From positions 11,925,947 through 11,989,946 of the forward strand of contig NC_134030.1 in the NCBI RefSeq assembly GCF_964204645.1: a stretch of 64,000 nt of DNA, given 5' to 3'. Source of the stretch: Tubulanus polymorphus. Taxonomy: Eukaryota > Animalia > Nemertea. Made by a program: the position numbers and the translations under genes. Position 1 is the first letter of the stretch. The number at the start of each line of letters is the position of its first letter. The notes under the pieces are model-generated. The model had not been told where the DNA came from. It ran no database searches and saw only the letters and a program-made list of their open reading frames with translations. Below are positions 51,610 to 63,816 of this stretch, one piece after another.

Positions 51610-53730
51610 CGCCGTCTGTTACCTGTTGCACAGTTGCTCTGCATCCATCGTCTGCATCCATATCATTTGTACTGCTGATTCATTAAAGTATTCAGCCGTA
51701 GGCTTGATTCATCCAGTGATTCCTGTGTAGAAGAGCTATTAACTGGTGATTGCACTAGCAGATTGGAGTTCACTTTTTGTTCCAGCTCTTTGTTCCCTCT
51801 CTGGTTCACAACTAGGTCCTGACCTACATTTCTCTCGGGGTCACAGGTGACCCACTGGGCTGGCTATTATATGAACAAAATCTTCCCATATGGCAAATAA
51901 AGAAATTCATTACATATTCTCTGTTCAATTTTATTGGTCCTTTAGTAAAGCCTTACATTGATTGATTTGCACTTATTTTTCACATATTCTCTATAACAGT
52001 TTTGATTCTCTGTGAACCAAACGGGAACAGCACTCAAATTGTGCAAATTGTTTCAGTCTTAAGACTGCAAACAGCTCAATTCGCCTTTTATCGGCCATCA
52101 TTGGCCAGTGAGCAACAAGGTTTTATCAAACATCAACCGATGGATTAACTCTGACCCTCTGTGAAGGAACCAGGTGACTAAATTGAATAGTACATACGAC
52201 ATATGTATGTTCACAAATACACATATAACACATATACATACATACGGACATTAGAAATTTACCTTAAATGTAACCTCATTTTTGTGCCGATACTTCACGG
52301 CTCAGCTGCATGGTATAGGAACTTTGAAAATAGAAATAAATTCGAGATTAGAACATGTTAGGCATTTAGCTGCTATGGAATCTTTCGAACGTCTGAATGT
52401 GAGTGGGTAACAATTTCTCTTTAGTTGCTTCACTCATTTTTACTGAGGATGGATTCGAATTATGGTATTTCTATCTGATACATTTAGACTGCAATTTAGA
52501 TGATAATAGGGGTTTTGAGGTTCTTTTGTTTGAACTAACTAACCAGTATTATCTTTTTAAAAACATGGAGTCTTTTTTTGCGAATAATTAAATCAATGGG
52601 CAGTCATCTATTTGAGTCTGAAAAATCATTGGACCATCCATCACATTTTCGAATGATACCTTGTAAAAAAGTTAAGAAATGATTATCAATTTCATCAGGA
52701 TGTAACATTTTCAAGAGCTTTGACTATGTCCTCTCCAGACGCAACCTCTTGGCTAAGAATGAACATTCCTTCCATAAACAAGCCAAAGTGTTTCAGGTGA
52801 TTTCCTGGAAGAAAAAAAAGGAATACTGTAGAGGAAAATCCAGTTATTCCATTCTACTCTTTTCCAATATGTACACTGTTTTGCGGAATGTGGTAAGCGA
52901 GATACTTCATTTTGCAGAAAAAATATTTCTTTATCTTAAATTTACCTCATCTATGCAAATACCAATGTACCAATCATTTTCGTGGTACTCTGAAACCAGA
53001 GAATTGCTAAATGATGAGCAACCCCAATTTCTGCACAATGGAGGTTGTCAACTACAAATTTCAACCTTCAAGCATCATAAGGAAGCTAGGACCTTTCACA
53101 CCCTTTTCGGTTCATTATCTTCGACTGCTTTTATTGCATGTCTAATAACCATGTTCTAAAAAGAACGTCTTGGTGGGGATAGACTCGGTGGCCCTGCTTT
53201 AACTGATGGCCTGGATGCACCCGGGACAACTCTATTTCCCATTGATTTATTTGATACTGTGTAACATTCAGCGAGCCAGATGATTTATTTGATATTTTGT
53301 AACATTTAGCGAGCCAGACTATCAGCAGTACAAGATCCACTGTAGAATGAATCTTTTAGCCTATGCCATTAGACCAATGTAAACCTAAGTAAAGTGAATC
53401 ATTACATTCTTCAATAAATGGTTTTAAGAATGTTGTGACACATGTCTTTTCTGTGCCAAACCAAATACCAGCAGTAGATTTAACTTTCTCAACTAAGGAG
53501 GCAGATCATTGATTATCATTTGTAATGACAGGAGTGAAGTTGGAAGAATTATCTTTTGTATGTACTTGATATATTCTTGTTTTACCCCGACAATGCATAT
53601 CACAATGCGTATGTCCATCTGCAGTCCCTGCATTTTTCAAAGTTGAACTGAATAGTGATCGTTATGTCATCAGAGATAATTCATTAAATTGTTGGTGATA
53701 GATCGTACATTGATCCATGATGATGGTTCA
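51610..53730 (-). pseudogene. CACTA/EnSpm transposase fragments, copy set 2
   Basis: FVVDNLHCAEIGV, EWNNWIFLYSIP, HLKHFGLFMEGMFILSQE; paralogous to 48260-48700 and 49640-50270. Confidence 0.65.
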
Positions 53731-53779
53731 AACGCTTAGGCCTTTTTTTAATTAGTTGGAGCACAGATTTTTTAAGGAA

Positions 53780-54060
53780 AATTTTGGAAGGGTGATGAAA
53801 AAATAAATAAAAATAGGAAAAAAATCTTTTGGCATGTCATAAAACAAAATATGGAAGGGTGAATGGGAAAAATATAATTTAAAAAAATATTTTTTATTGC
53901 TATTTTATATACTAATGTGGAAGGGTGAAGGAGAAAAAATAAAATAAGGAAAATTATTTTGTGCTATTTCATTTACCAATTTGTAGGGAATGGGAAAAAA
54001 TCAAAAATACAAATTTTCAATCAATATTGCTATAAAATGTGGAAGGGATAGCAAAAAAGG
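53780..54060 (+). repeat. A-rich minisatellite, ~65-bp unit, about 5 copies
   Basis: TGGAAGGGTGA recurs at ~53784, 53852 and 53918, with variants at ~53982 and 54040. Confidence 0.75.
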
Positions 54061-54709
54061 ATTCCCTTTTGACAACGAAATTGGAACAATGACAAAGAAT
54101 TCTCTGATGTGAATATTAATAGATGCTCTGCTTTAGTAGACTCTCTCTTGAGCAGGTAGAACTGCAATGTTGAATTTCCAGATGAACATTCCCTGAATAG
54201 AAGTAGATATCACTACATGATTATACATGAATGATTTTTATTAATAAATTTTCTGATGTAATTGGGAAACTTCTGATTTAATTGGGAAAACCCAATGTGA
54301 AACCCAGAACAAAATAGCGAGCATCTCATTCAACTAGGTATCGTATGTACGCTTATAATTTGTTCGGTGTTACGAATACAACCGAGAAGGCTATTCATTT
54401 CAGTATCCAAACTAACAAGTATGGCGATATCAATGGAGTTTTGGCTAAGATTTGTCTTGTCAATGCTTTAATGACCTGCTAACCCGTACGGTTTAACTGC
54501 AGCCGTCGGCTTTTTGAGAACCGTGTTACTACTCTATTCAATTTTAGTACATTCTGTACTGTAGGTAGAACTGTGGGCGGTGATAAATTAATAACGGACT
54601 AAATAGTCTGTAGACAATAGTGGGCAGTGGAATGCTCTCAGCTTTTCATTTAATCAACAGTCAGTTTTTTCAACTGATTTTAGAGGTGGTCTACACACCT
54701 ACAAAAATT

Positions 54710-57700
54710 TCAAAGATTTCTCAGAAATTGGTGCATTTTCTCAACCCCATTTGGATATTTGGCAACGATTTTATTAATCAAACCATTCTTTCTTGTAACG
54801 GCCCTGATTTCTTCTGCAGAACGATATTCGTGGAATGTGCGGCGAATGACTCTCTGCTTAATTGCAGTATATTTTTGTCACTTTACTGGCCCCGACTGAT
54901 AAAGAAATTGAATAAGTATGATTTTCCATTTCATCAATGATAACACCTCCTGTGCGACACACTTACCCTTGTTTTTTTCTTCGGGGGGATGGCAAATATA
55001 ATGCTCCCTCGTCCAATTATGTTTCTTCACTCGAGCTTGATTGGTTTGGTTCATCGCCCTCTGATTCCGTCAGACACTTTTCTTCGTTCGTAACCGTCTG
55101 AAAAAGAAGATAAACATTGACGATATAAGCGGCGGCTGTGAATAGAAAGCTGTCATTGATCGAATGAGAAGTCACTTACCGCTGCGGGCTCGCTGGAAGT
55201 TTCACCCTCTACTTCCAACGGGCGTTTGTCTTCAGTCGTAACCGTCTGAAAAAGAAGTTAAACATTGACGATTGAAGCAGCCGCTGTGAATAGAAAGCTG
55301 ATATTGATCGAATGAGAAGTCACTTACCGCTGCGGGCTCGTTGGAAGCTTTGCCCGCCGATTCCATGGCGCTGACGCTTCGTTTCGATTCCAAAACGCCA
55401 CAGTCCAACTACAGAAGAAAAGTGAAATGTCATGCTTGCCAGAACCATTAAATGCAAGATGTATTGAGTCGATCTACATACTCCAAATGTTCTCCTTAAA
55501 GGCCGAGGAGCAGTATAAAAGCCCAATCAATGTCAAAGATGGCAGTACCCATGAAGCAATAGTGCAGTGGAGAGCTCCAACGGTTGAAACTGGAATTCTC
55601 CTATTTTCTCTGTCAGTTATCCGATTTGGACCCTCCTTTTTGTCAGACATATGTATTAATGTGTAATATATTCATTTCTGCAGTCAAAATGTGTTTTAGG
55701 CCCTCCTCTACGAGAAATTAAGCATTTTAGTTGGTATTTCCTTTAAAATTTGAATCTTTGAATGACATAGAGGGAGGAGTTATCCAGTGAATTAGTGTAG
55801 CTCACAGAGCACATAAACAGTAATTTGATACCTATAGTCATCAGTATACATAAACAAAACATAGCCTCATTCATAGTACCAAAATTTGGCAACATCAAAA
55901 CTTTTTCTATGGTCAATGGATCAGTCTGAAATCTCGTACACTTGTTCAGCTATCTACCATCAATGATGTGTCCAAATTTCATGGAAATCGGATAAAAATT
56001 AATGATTTTCAAAAAATTTGAAATGTCTCTAAAATCTTTAATCTTGGCCCTATCTCTACAAAAAAACATCGCTAGCATCAGATTTTCATTCCCACTATGA
56101 CTAGATTACTTAAAATTAGTTTAGAATTTGATATGAAAACTTTTATGAATTTGTCAAATTTAACTGTGTGTGACCTGCTTTTCTGTTGTGAGCCAACCTC
56201 GCTCACTCTAAACATTATAAACAAGATACTGTAGTTAGTGGGACGGCCGATCTCAAGTGTTTGCCACCCGGTTAACTAGCATCCATACTCCTCGGCCTTA
56301 AATCACGCGCAACGTCCATTGTGTGTAGATGTCCCTCCTCCAGGTAGTAGAATAGTTCTGCGGTTTGAGGGCGATGTAACATACCGGGTATATCAGCTTA
56401 GCTTGGTTCGCGTGGCAGCGTCAGTATTACACATAGCTGTTATGATACTCTTACGTATTTAAGTCGGCGTTTTGCCCTTTTTTCCAATGGTGGAACTGAC
56501 GTAGCTGGCTAACGGTCTAAGAAATGAAAACATTAAATATTTTCCATTGAATTTGTTAATGAAATGTATATTTATCTTACTTATTGAGATATGTGGCGTT
56601 GAGTTCCACTCCCTCGTTTGTGCGCCAAATTGTTTCATCAGCTGTTCTTTCGTAGAAGCGCTTGGGAAATAGAAGTAACATGTGATACGGGGTTCCTTGG
56701 ATGAATCCGACCCCGTATGTAGCAGTTGTTTTGTGTCAGACAACCTGAAAAAGTTTTACATGTATTTTTGGAACTTGCTCTCTTCAATGAATAAATAGTT
56801 CAAAATACCTTGATGCTGTACAGATCATGCTTTTCGTCGTGTTTCGCCTGCAATACGTGGTTCAGGGTGATCCCTATTGTCAGCGAGGATCGGCTCGCAC
56901 CCAGAGCTGTGACGACAGGGAGCAGAAATTTTGGTACTAAGCGAAAACCTCCCGGGGTAAAATCTACATGCGGGTTCTTGAGGAGTTGAACAGCTTCGAT
57001 GGACATGTCAGAACTCAAAATCTGCTTTACATCATTACGTTTCAGGAGGCGCGCTTCATGAAAAGAAAGAATATATACAGATGTCGATATTTTTGCAAAA
57101 GGGTTACAAATGATAATACTCGCCTTTCTGGAGTTCATGGACCTCATGGAGTCGTTCTTTGTGGACCTTTTCATTGACCTCCGCCAACCTAACCAGCGGA
57201 CGTTCTAATCTGGTTAGGGTTTCTTCAGAGCAGCCGCAATCTTCATGTCCAAACTAAAAGTCACAATCATCAATATGTTCAGTTGAAACATTATTAATGT
57301 GGATATTGTAATAATACTCACATCTAGCATAAATTCTATAAGTTTCTTTCGAAGTGTGAACATATAACTCCGAATCGTCCCCGGCTGTTTCGTTTCCATT
57401 TCTTGTGAAATCCACAAGGACGCGCTCTTTGCATTCACTTTGCCTTTAGCAAACTTAAAATAATTCATAGTGTCGAATATATCCGGTGACTGTCTCGTCT
57501 GTTGAAACTGGCTTCAGCCATTCGTGATAGACTGCCTGAAACTCTGCAAGGAAGACAACGAACACTTAATGCAGCTCACACAAAATATGAGAAAAATTAT
57601 GTAGGGACTTACTTTCCGACAGCACAACGGGAACTTCATCCGATTCGCTAGTGCTGCTGCTGCTGCTTCTGCCACCGCCACCGCTGCTGTAGCTCACATT

Positions 57701-57810
57701 CACAGATGGAACAGGATCGGAATCGGAATCCGTCGGCACCAGATGTGATTCATGCTTTTCGTCGATGTCATTTTTCGGTTCCTTTGTCGATTTATTGACA
57801 TCAGGGTCAG
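54710..57810 (-). pseudogene. Multi-exon tyrosine recombinase gene (Crypton-like or virus-like YR), degenerate
   Basis: PGTIRSYMFTL (core-binding region), ALGASRSS (catalytic R), HKTTATYG (K), PT.IRKSIIT (R), MLHRPQTAELFY (H...Y); several GT-AG introns; stops and frameshifts. Confidence 0.7.
55500..56298. mobile_element. Non-autonomous TIR element (PIF/Harbinger-like MITE) inserted in the YR gene
   Basis: TIR AGGCCGAGGAG / CTCCTCGGCCT; TAA duplicated at 55497-55499 and 56299-56301; removal restores MDVARDL|RRTFGV. Confidence 0.75.
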
Positions 57811-57996
57811 TAATAGGGGTAATGGGCTTTCAAGCCAAAGGTCGAAGGGTCGAGCTCGTAAAAAATGAAAATAACAATAATTTCTACTTGAATTAGTCGT
57901 GCACACTCCTAATTCAAGTAGAAATTATTGTTATTTTCATTTTTTACTCACTCGCCCCTTCAACCTTTAACCTGAAAGCCCATTTCCCCTATTACT
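57809..57996. repeat. Long inverted repeat (~88-bp arms, inner 39 bp perfect, 12-nt loop)
   Basis: 57858-57896 is the exact reverse complement of 57909-57947; the outer arms AGTAATAGGGG...CCCCTATTACT are imperfect. Confidence 0.92.
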
Positions 57997-60232
57997 CTTA
58001 GAATATTCATATACATGAATAAAATATATATGAATAACATATAAATTGATAGATTATTTAATATAAAAGTGTTAGTAAAGTGTGAGTAAAAAAGTAACGA
58101 GTAATTAACGAGCTCTTATAGAATAGATAAATAGATATATTTTAAACATATTTCAATATTTATATTTGTATGAGTTAGATTTTTAAACATTAAAAGTGTC
58201 AGTAAAGTGTGATTGAAATAATTCATATATACATGAATAACATATACCGTAAATGAATAAAATATAAATGAATAAAATGTGTAAAATCAATTTAAAAAAA
58301 AAAATTTAGTATTAAAATGGAAGCAAATAAGTACTACTGTGCAACATGTAAAATCAATATAGATAAATCCCAAAAAGCAAGACACAATAAAACTAAAACA
58401 CATTTAGAGAATAAATTGAAATTAGAATATGAAGATGATATATTAGAAACTAAATTAGATGAATTAAATAATGAAAAAGAAACATACAAATGTGATACGT
58501 GTAATCAATCATTCAGTGATAAAAGATATTATAAAGAACATTTAAAATTTAAAAGTCATATTAGAAATAAGAATAATGATATTTTAGGTAAGGATTATTT
58601 TGATGAAGATAATGATAAGAAACAGAAGACAATTAAAAGAATAAGAAATAAATTAAACAATAAAAGACCATACATGGAAGATGTAAGAAATTATATTAAT
58701 TCATTAGATAATAAAAAAGATATAGAAATAACCGAAGCATTTAAAAGTGATATTTGTCCAGCAGCTATTGAGTTTAAATTCCATAAAGAAAAAACATTAG
58801 AAGAAAATAAAAAACATTTAGATAATATGAAAAATATGATAAAAATAATTACAGATGTTAAATACCCTATAATTAGTATATCTTCTAAAGTTAGATTTAT
58901 AAAATCTGAAGATAAACCAATATATGATATAAATTCTCATTCACAACATATTATATCTAAACAACATATAGATGATAAATTAGATAAATGTTATAATGAA
59001 ATAGAAACTAAAATAGAAGAGAAACATTTTGAAGGATCAGGTTTAATATTTGATGAAATAATATTTATGACTTTACATGTTTATAACACAAAATATAATA
59101 AGTTAACTAAATCAAAACCAATAGATGAAAATAATGTATCATATTATAAAGAACCAGATATTGAAGCATCAAGTTATATTAAACTACCATTTAAAACTAA
59201 TGCTGTTATAAATGTACAAAATTTTGATGATAAATGTTTTTTATGGGCAATAATTAGTTGCTTACACCCAGTTGAAGATTATAAACAACATAGTTTTAGA
59301 TTAACTCATTATAAACCATTTGAAAATAATTATAAGATAGATAAGTATCCTGTTAGGATTAAAAATATCCCAAAAATAGAAAGAGATAATTTTAGAATAA
59401 ATGTATTTGATTTAATCAAATTACCAAAAACAAAAGGCAACAATATAAAACATTATACATTAGAACCTTTATGCCTATCAAAAGATTATGATTCAAATGA
59501 TGTTATAGATATACTATATTATGAAAATCATTATATGTGGATTAAACAAATCGATTTATTTTTTAAATCAGAAAATGATCACCATAAAATATATCTTTGT
59601 AGAAAATGTGTACATAGATTCAGTAATGAAAGTACATTATTAAATCATAAACAATTATGTGATAATCATGATTATTGTAAATTAGTTTTACCAAATGAAA
59701 AGGATAAAATATTAGAATTAAAAAAAATATGATTACAAAAATAAAGTACCATTTGTAATATATGGATATTTTGAATCATTAAATAAAGAATTAACTGATC
59801 AAGATAGAAAAGAAATATATTATAAAAGAAAGAAATTAAATTCTAATGAAAATGATTTTTCAGATGAACCACCAAAAACAAATACAATTAAAAAGATTCA
59901 TCAATGCTTTCGGGTTATATATAAAATCTGATTATCCAGAACTAATTGAAAGTGAATATTATCATTATAGAAATGAAAATGTTATCAATCATTTTTGTGA
60001 CTTATTAATTGAATATGAAATAAGATTTAGTAGATTATTGAATACAAATAAAGAAATAATTATGACAGAAGAAGATAAAGAAGAATTTGTGTTTTCAGGT
60101 AAATGTTATTATTGTGAAAAGATATTTAATTATTAAGTTAAAAAAGTAAGAGACCATGATCATTTGAACGGAAAGTTTTGAGGCGCAGCACATGAGAATT
60201 GTAACTTACAAGCTAAGAAAATTAACTTTGTA

Positions 60233-61677
60233 CAGGGTGTCCCATTAATTACTATACATAAAGAAATGTCTGTCATTTCCAAACCGCTTGAGATAAATCA
60301 GCCAAATCTTCAGGAAAGATGGACTACAATAATACTTTTCGTAATATTAAATCAGTTTATTAAAATCCCATTAGTTTACAAAATATGCTCAATGTGAGAG
60401 CCTTTTGATTTTATCACATGATTCAGTCTATTATTGAAATTTCTCAGTACGTTGCCCAGTACATCGCTGTTGATAGCGCGGATCTCTTTGCGGATGTTTC
60501 TCTTTAAATCATCGATAGTTACTGGTTTGTTTCGGTACACGGTTTCCTTCAGATAGCCCCACAAGTAAAAATCCAGTGGATTTAGGTCAGGTGAGTATGG
60601 GGGCCAGCTGTTTGTAGTCTTCAACGATATGATTCTGTCACCAAAATGCTTGCGTAGAACATCAATCGTTTTGCGTGCCGTGTGACATGTCGCCCCATCT
60701 TGCTGGAACCACACTTGATTGAGACTCCCTCCTTGATGTCTGCGAAGTTTTGGAATGAAGTAATGTGTCAACATCTTACGATAGCGGGCTCCATTCACAG
60801 TGACTACGTTGCCTTCTTCCTCAAAAAAGTATGGCCCAATAATGTTGGATGACCCAAGAGCACACCAGACAGTACACTTGGTGACGTGAAGCGGCTTCTC
60901 AGCAATCAAATGGGGATTCTAAGAATCCCAATATCTATAGTTCTGACTGTTGACTTGACCAGTGAGATAGAAATGGGCTTCATCACTAAACCAAATCTTC
61001 TGAAGCAATTCCGGTGATGCCTGCAGTTCTTGTGACATCCATCGCGCAAACTGACGTCTTAACACCTTGTCCTTATCTCTCACTCGCTGTCTGATTTGAA
61101 TTTTGTATGGATAGAGAACCAGTTCATTGACCATAATTCTGTGGATTGATGATCTGCTTATTCCTGTTTCTGATGAAATTCTTCTAACAGATCTATAGGG
61201 GTTATCGTCCACTGCAACTCTTACTTTCTCAATAGATTCGCCTGAGGTGGAGTGTTTAGGTTTCCCATTCTTCTTTCTTTGGTCTTTAACTGAGCCATTC
61301 TCTTCGAATTTCTTTATCAGGTCAAACACTGCTTTTCCTGTCGGAGCTGTTTTAGTGTTAAACTTGACTTTGAATCTTCTTAACAACTTTGAGACAGATT
61401 TATTCTCATACCACCAGCATACTATGTAGGTTTTTTCTTCCAGACATGGACTTAGACATGGTTTAGTAGTGTTTTATTCTAATTCAGAAATACCAAAAAT
61501 CACTACAACAATGTAATCAGTTGCTACGAAATCACTAAGCAAATTACCATAGCAACCACGGTAATAATCCAAAAGTACCCTTACCTTCTATCATTTGGTG
61601 GAAAATCAAAACATTTCATTAAGAAATGTGAAGGATACAGGCAGTTCTTTATGTATAGTAATTAATGGGACACCCTG
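60233..61677 (-). mobile_element. Tc1/mariner DD41D (rosa/Visitor-type) transposon, 1445 bp
   Basis: Perfect 33-bp TIRs CAGGGTGTCCCATTAATTACTATACATAAAGAA; TA TSDs at 60231-60232 and 61678-61679; removal restores polB NFV|PVIFHN. Confidence 0.97.
60376..61459 (-). pseudogene. DD41D transposase (one in-frame stop at ~60919 and a frameshift near the start)
   Basis: WFSDEAHF, QQDGATCH, then 41 residues to SPDLNPLDFYLWG. Confidence 0.92.
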
Positions 61678-63816
61678 TACCAGTAATATTTCATAATCTA
61701 TCAGGATATGATGCGCATTTATTTATCAAACAGTTATGCCATAAGATAGAAGAAATTAATAATGAAATAGAAAGATTAAATTCAAATAGATCAAAAGATA
61801 AAATACCAACTTATAAATTTAAAATGTTAGCTAAAAAACATCTGAGAATTATATATCTTTCCAATTTGGGTGCCTAAGATTTATAGATTCATATAGATTT
61901 TTAAATAGTTCATTAGATAATTTATCAAAAAGTTTAATCGATGATGAATTAAAAATATTAAAACAACACTACCCAAATAATGATGATTTCCAATTAATGA
62001 GATATAAAGGCGCAATCCCATATTCATTTTATAAATCACATAATGATTTTAATATAACTGAATTATTAAAAGAACAATTTTATGATGAATTAAAAAATGA
62101 ATATGTTAAAGATGAAGTCTATAATAGAACATTGAATATTTGGAATCATTTCAAAATAGAAAATCATGGACAATTAGTAGATTTATATTTAAAATCAGAT
62201 GTATTATTATTAACTGATATATTCGAAAGGTTTAGAGATGTAAACCTAAAATATTTTAACATTGATCCTTGTCATTGTTATTCTAGTCCAGGTTTAAATT
62301 GGGATTGTGGTTTAAAATTTACTGATATAAAAATGGATTTGTTAACAAATATAGATCAATTATTATTATTTGAAAAATCTATAAGAGGAGGAGTTTCAGG
62401 TGTATTAGGCGATAGATATTTTAATGTAAATGATAACCCTGGATATAAGTTATTATATATAGATGCAAATAATTTGTATGGTTGGGCAATGATGGAACCG
62501 CAACCTTATGGAGTATTTGAAAAAAGTGAAGTTTTACAACTATGAAAATAATGATAAATTTGATTGGAAGAAAAGAATTCTAGATATTGCAGATGATTCA
62601 GATACTGGTTACTTCTTTGTTGTAGATTTAGAATATCCTGAACATATTAAATTTAAATCTAGAAATCTAGCATACTGCCCAGAACATAAAACTGTAACTC
62701 AGGAAGAATTATCAAATTATCAAAAAAGAATTAAACCCGAAAATCATATTCATACAGAAAAGTTAACGGTAACTCAGGAAGATAAATATAATTATGTAGT
62801 GCATTATAGTATGTTGAAGTTTTATTTGAACCAAGGAATGGTTCTAAAAATTGTACATAGATATATTTCATTTAGTCAATCTAAATGGTTAGAAAAATAT
62901 ATAGACTTTAACACCAAACAGAGAACAAAAGCTAAAACTGATTTTGAGAAAGATTTCTTCAAACTAATGAATAATGCATTCTATGGTAAGACTTGTGAAA
63001 ATATTAGAAATAGAAATGATATTGAGTTAGTAAGTAATGGCAAAAGGATAAAGCATTTACAATCATATCCTAAGTTTTTAGGTAACAGAATAATTGATGA
63101 AAATTTAGCTGCAGTTAAAATGAGAAGAACTTCTATGAAATTTAATAAACCAATCTATGTTGGTGCTTCAGTTTTAGAAATATCAAAGCTATTGATGTAT
63201 GAATTCTATTATAATGTATTACAACCTCATTTTGGAGAAAAACATATAGAAATCTTATATTTTGATACTGACAGTTACATATTAAAGATAAAAACTAATA
63301 ACATAACAGATGATTTAAAAAAATTAAAACATCATTTTGATTTTAGTAACTATCGTAAAGATCATGAATTGATAATAAAAAGCGACCCGGGAAGTTTAAG
63401 GATGAATTAGGTGGTGAAGAAATGATTGAATTCATTGGTATTAGATCTAAAATGTATTCATATAAAACTAAAAAACATGAAGCTAAAAAGTTAAAAGGAA
63501 TTACTAAAAGTGTAGTAGAAAAGAATATTCATTTCAAAGATTATATCAATTGTATATTCAATGAAGAAGTTAGAAAACATAAGATGAAATGTTTAAGATC
63601 AGAAGATCACGAGATGTTTATTGAAGAAATTGAAAAGGTAAGTTTGAATCCATTTGATGATAAAAGATATATTTTAGATGATGGAATTCATACAGTTGCT
63701 TATGGTAGCAATTTAGATGAATATCTAAAGTTCAAAAGAGAAGAAACAAAAGAGAACGAGATTATGAACAGGATTCTAACGTGTTAATCAAATTTTAATA
63801 AAAATATGTATTATAA

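Larger units (their letters stand above)
58317..63787 (+). pseudogene. polB: Polinton/Maverick (adintovirus-type) protein-primed family B DNA polymerase, disrupted
   Basis: N-terminal C2H2 fingers; vOTU-like NVQNFDDKCFLWAI...HY; ExoI VIYGYFES; EndoVII/HNH CYYC..VRDHDHLNG..AAHENCN; ExoII FHNLSGYD; ExoIII YLKSDVLLL; motifs A YIDANNLYG, B KLMNNAFYGK, C YFDTDS. Frameshifts, a stop and a mariner insertion. Confidence 0.93.
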
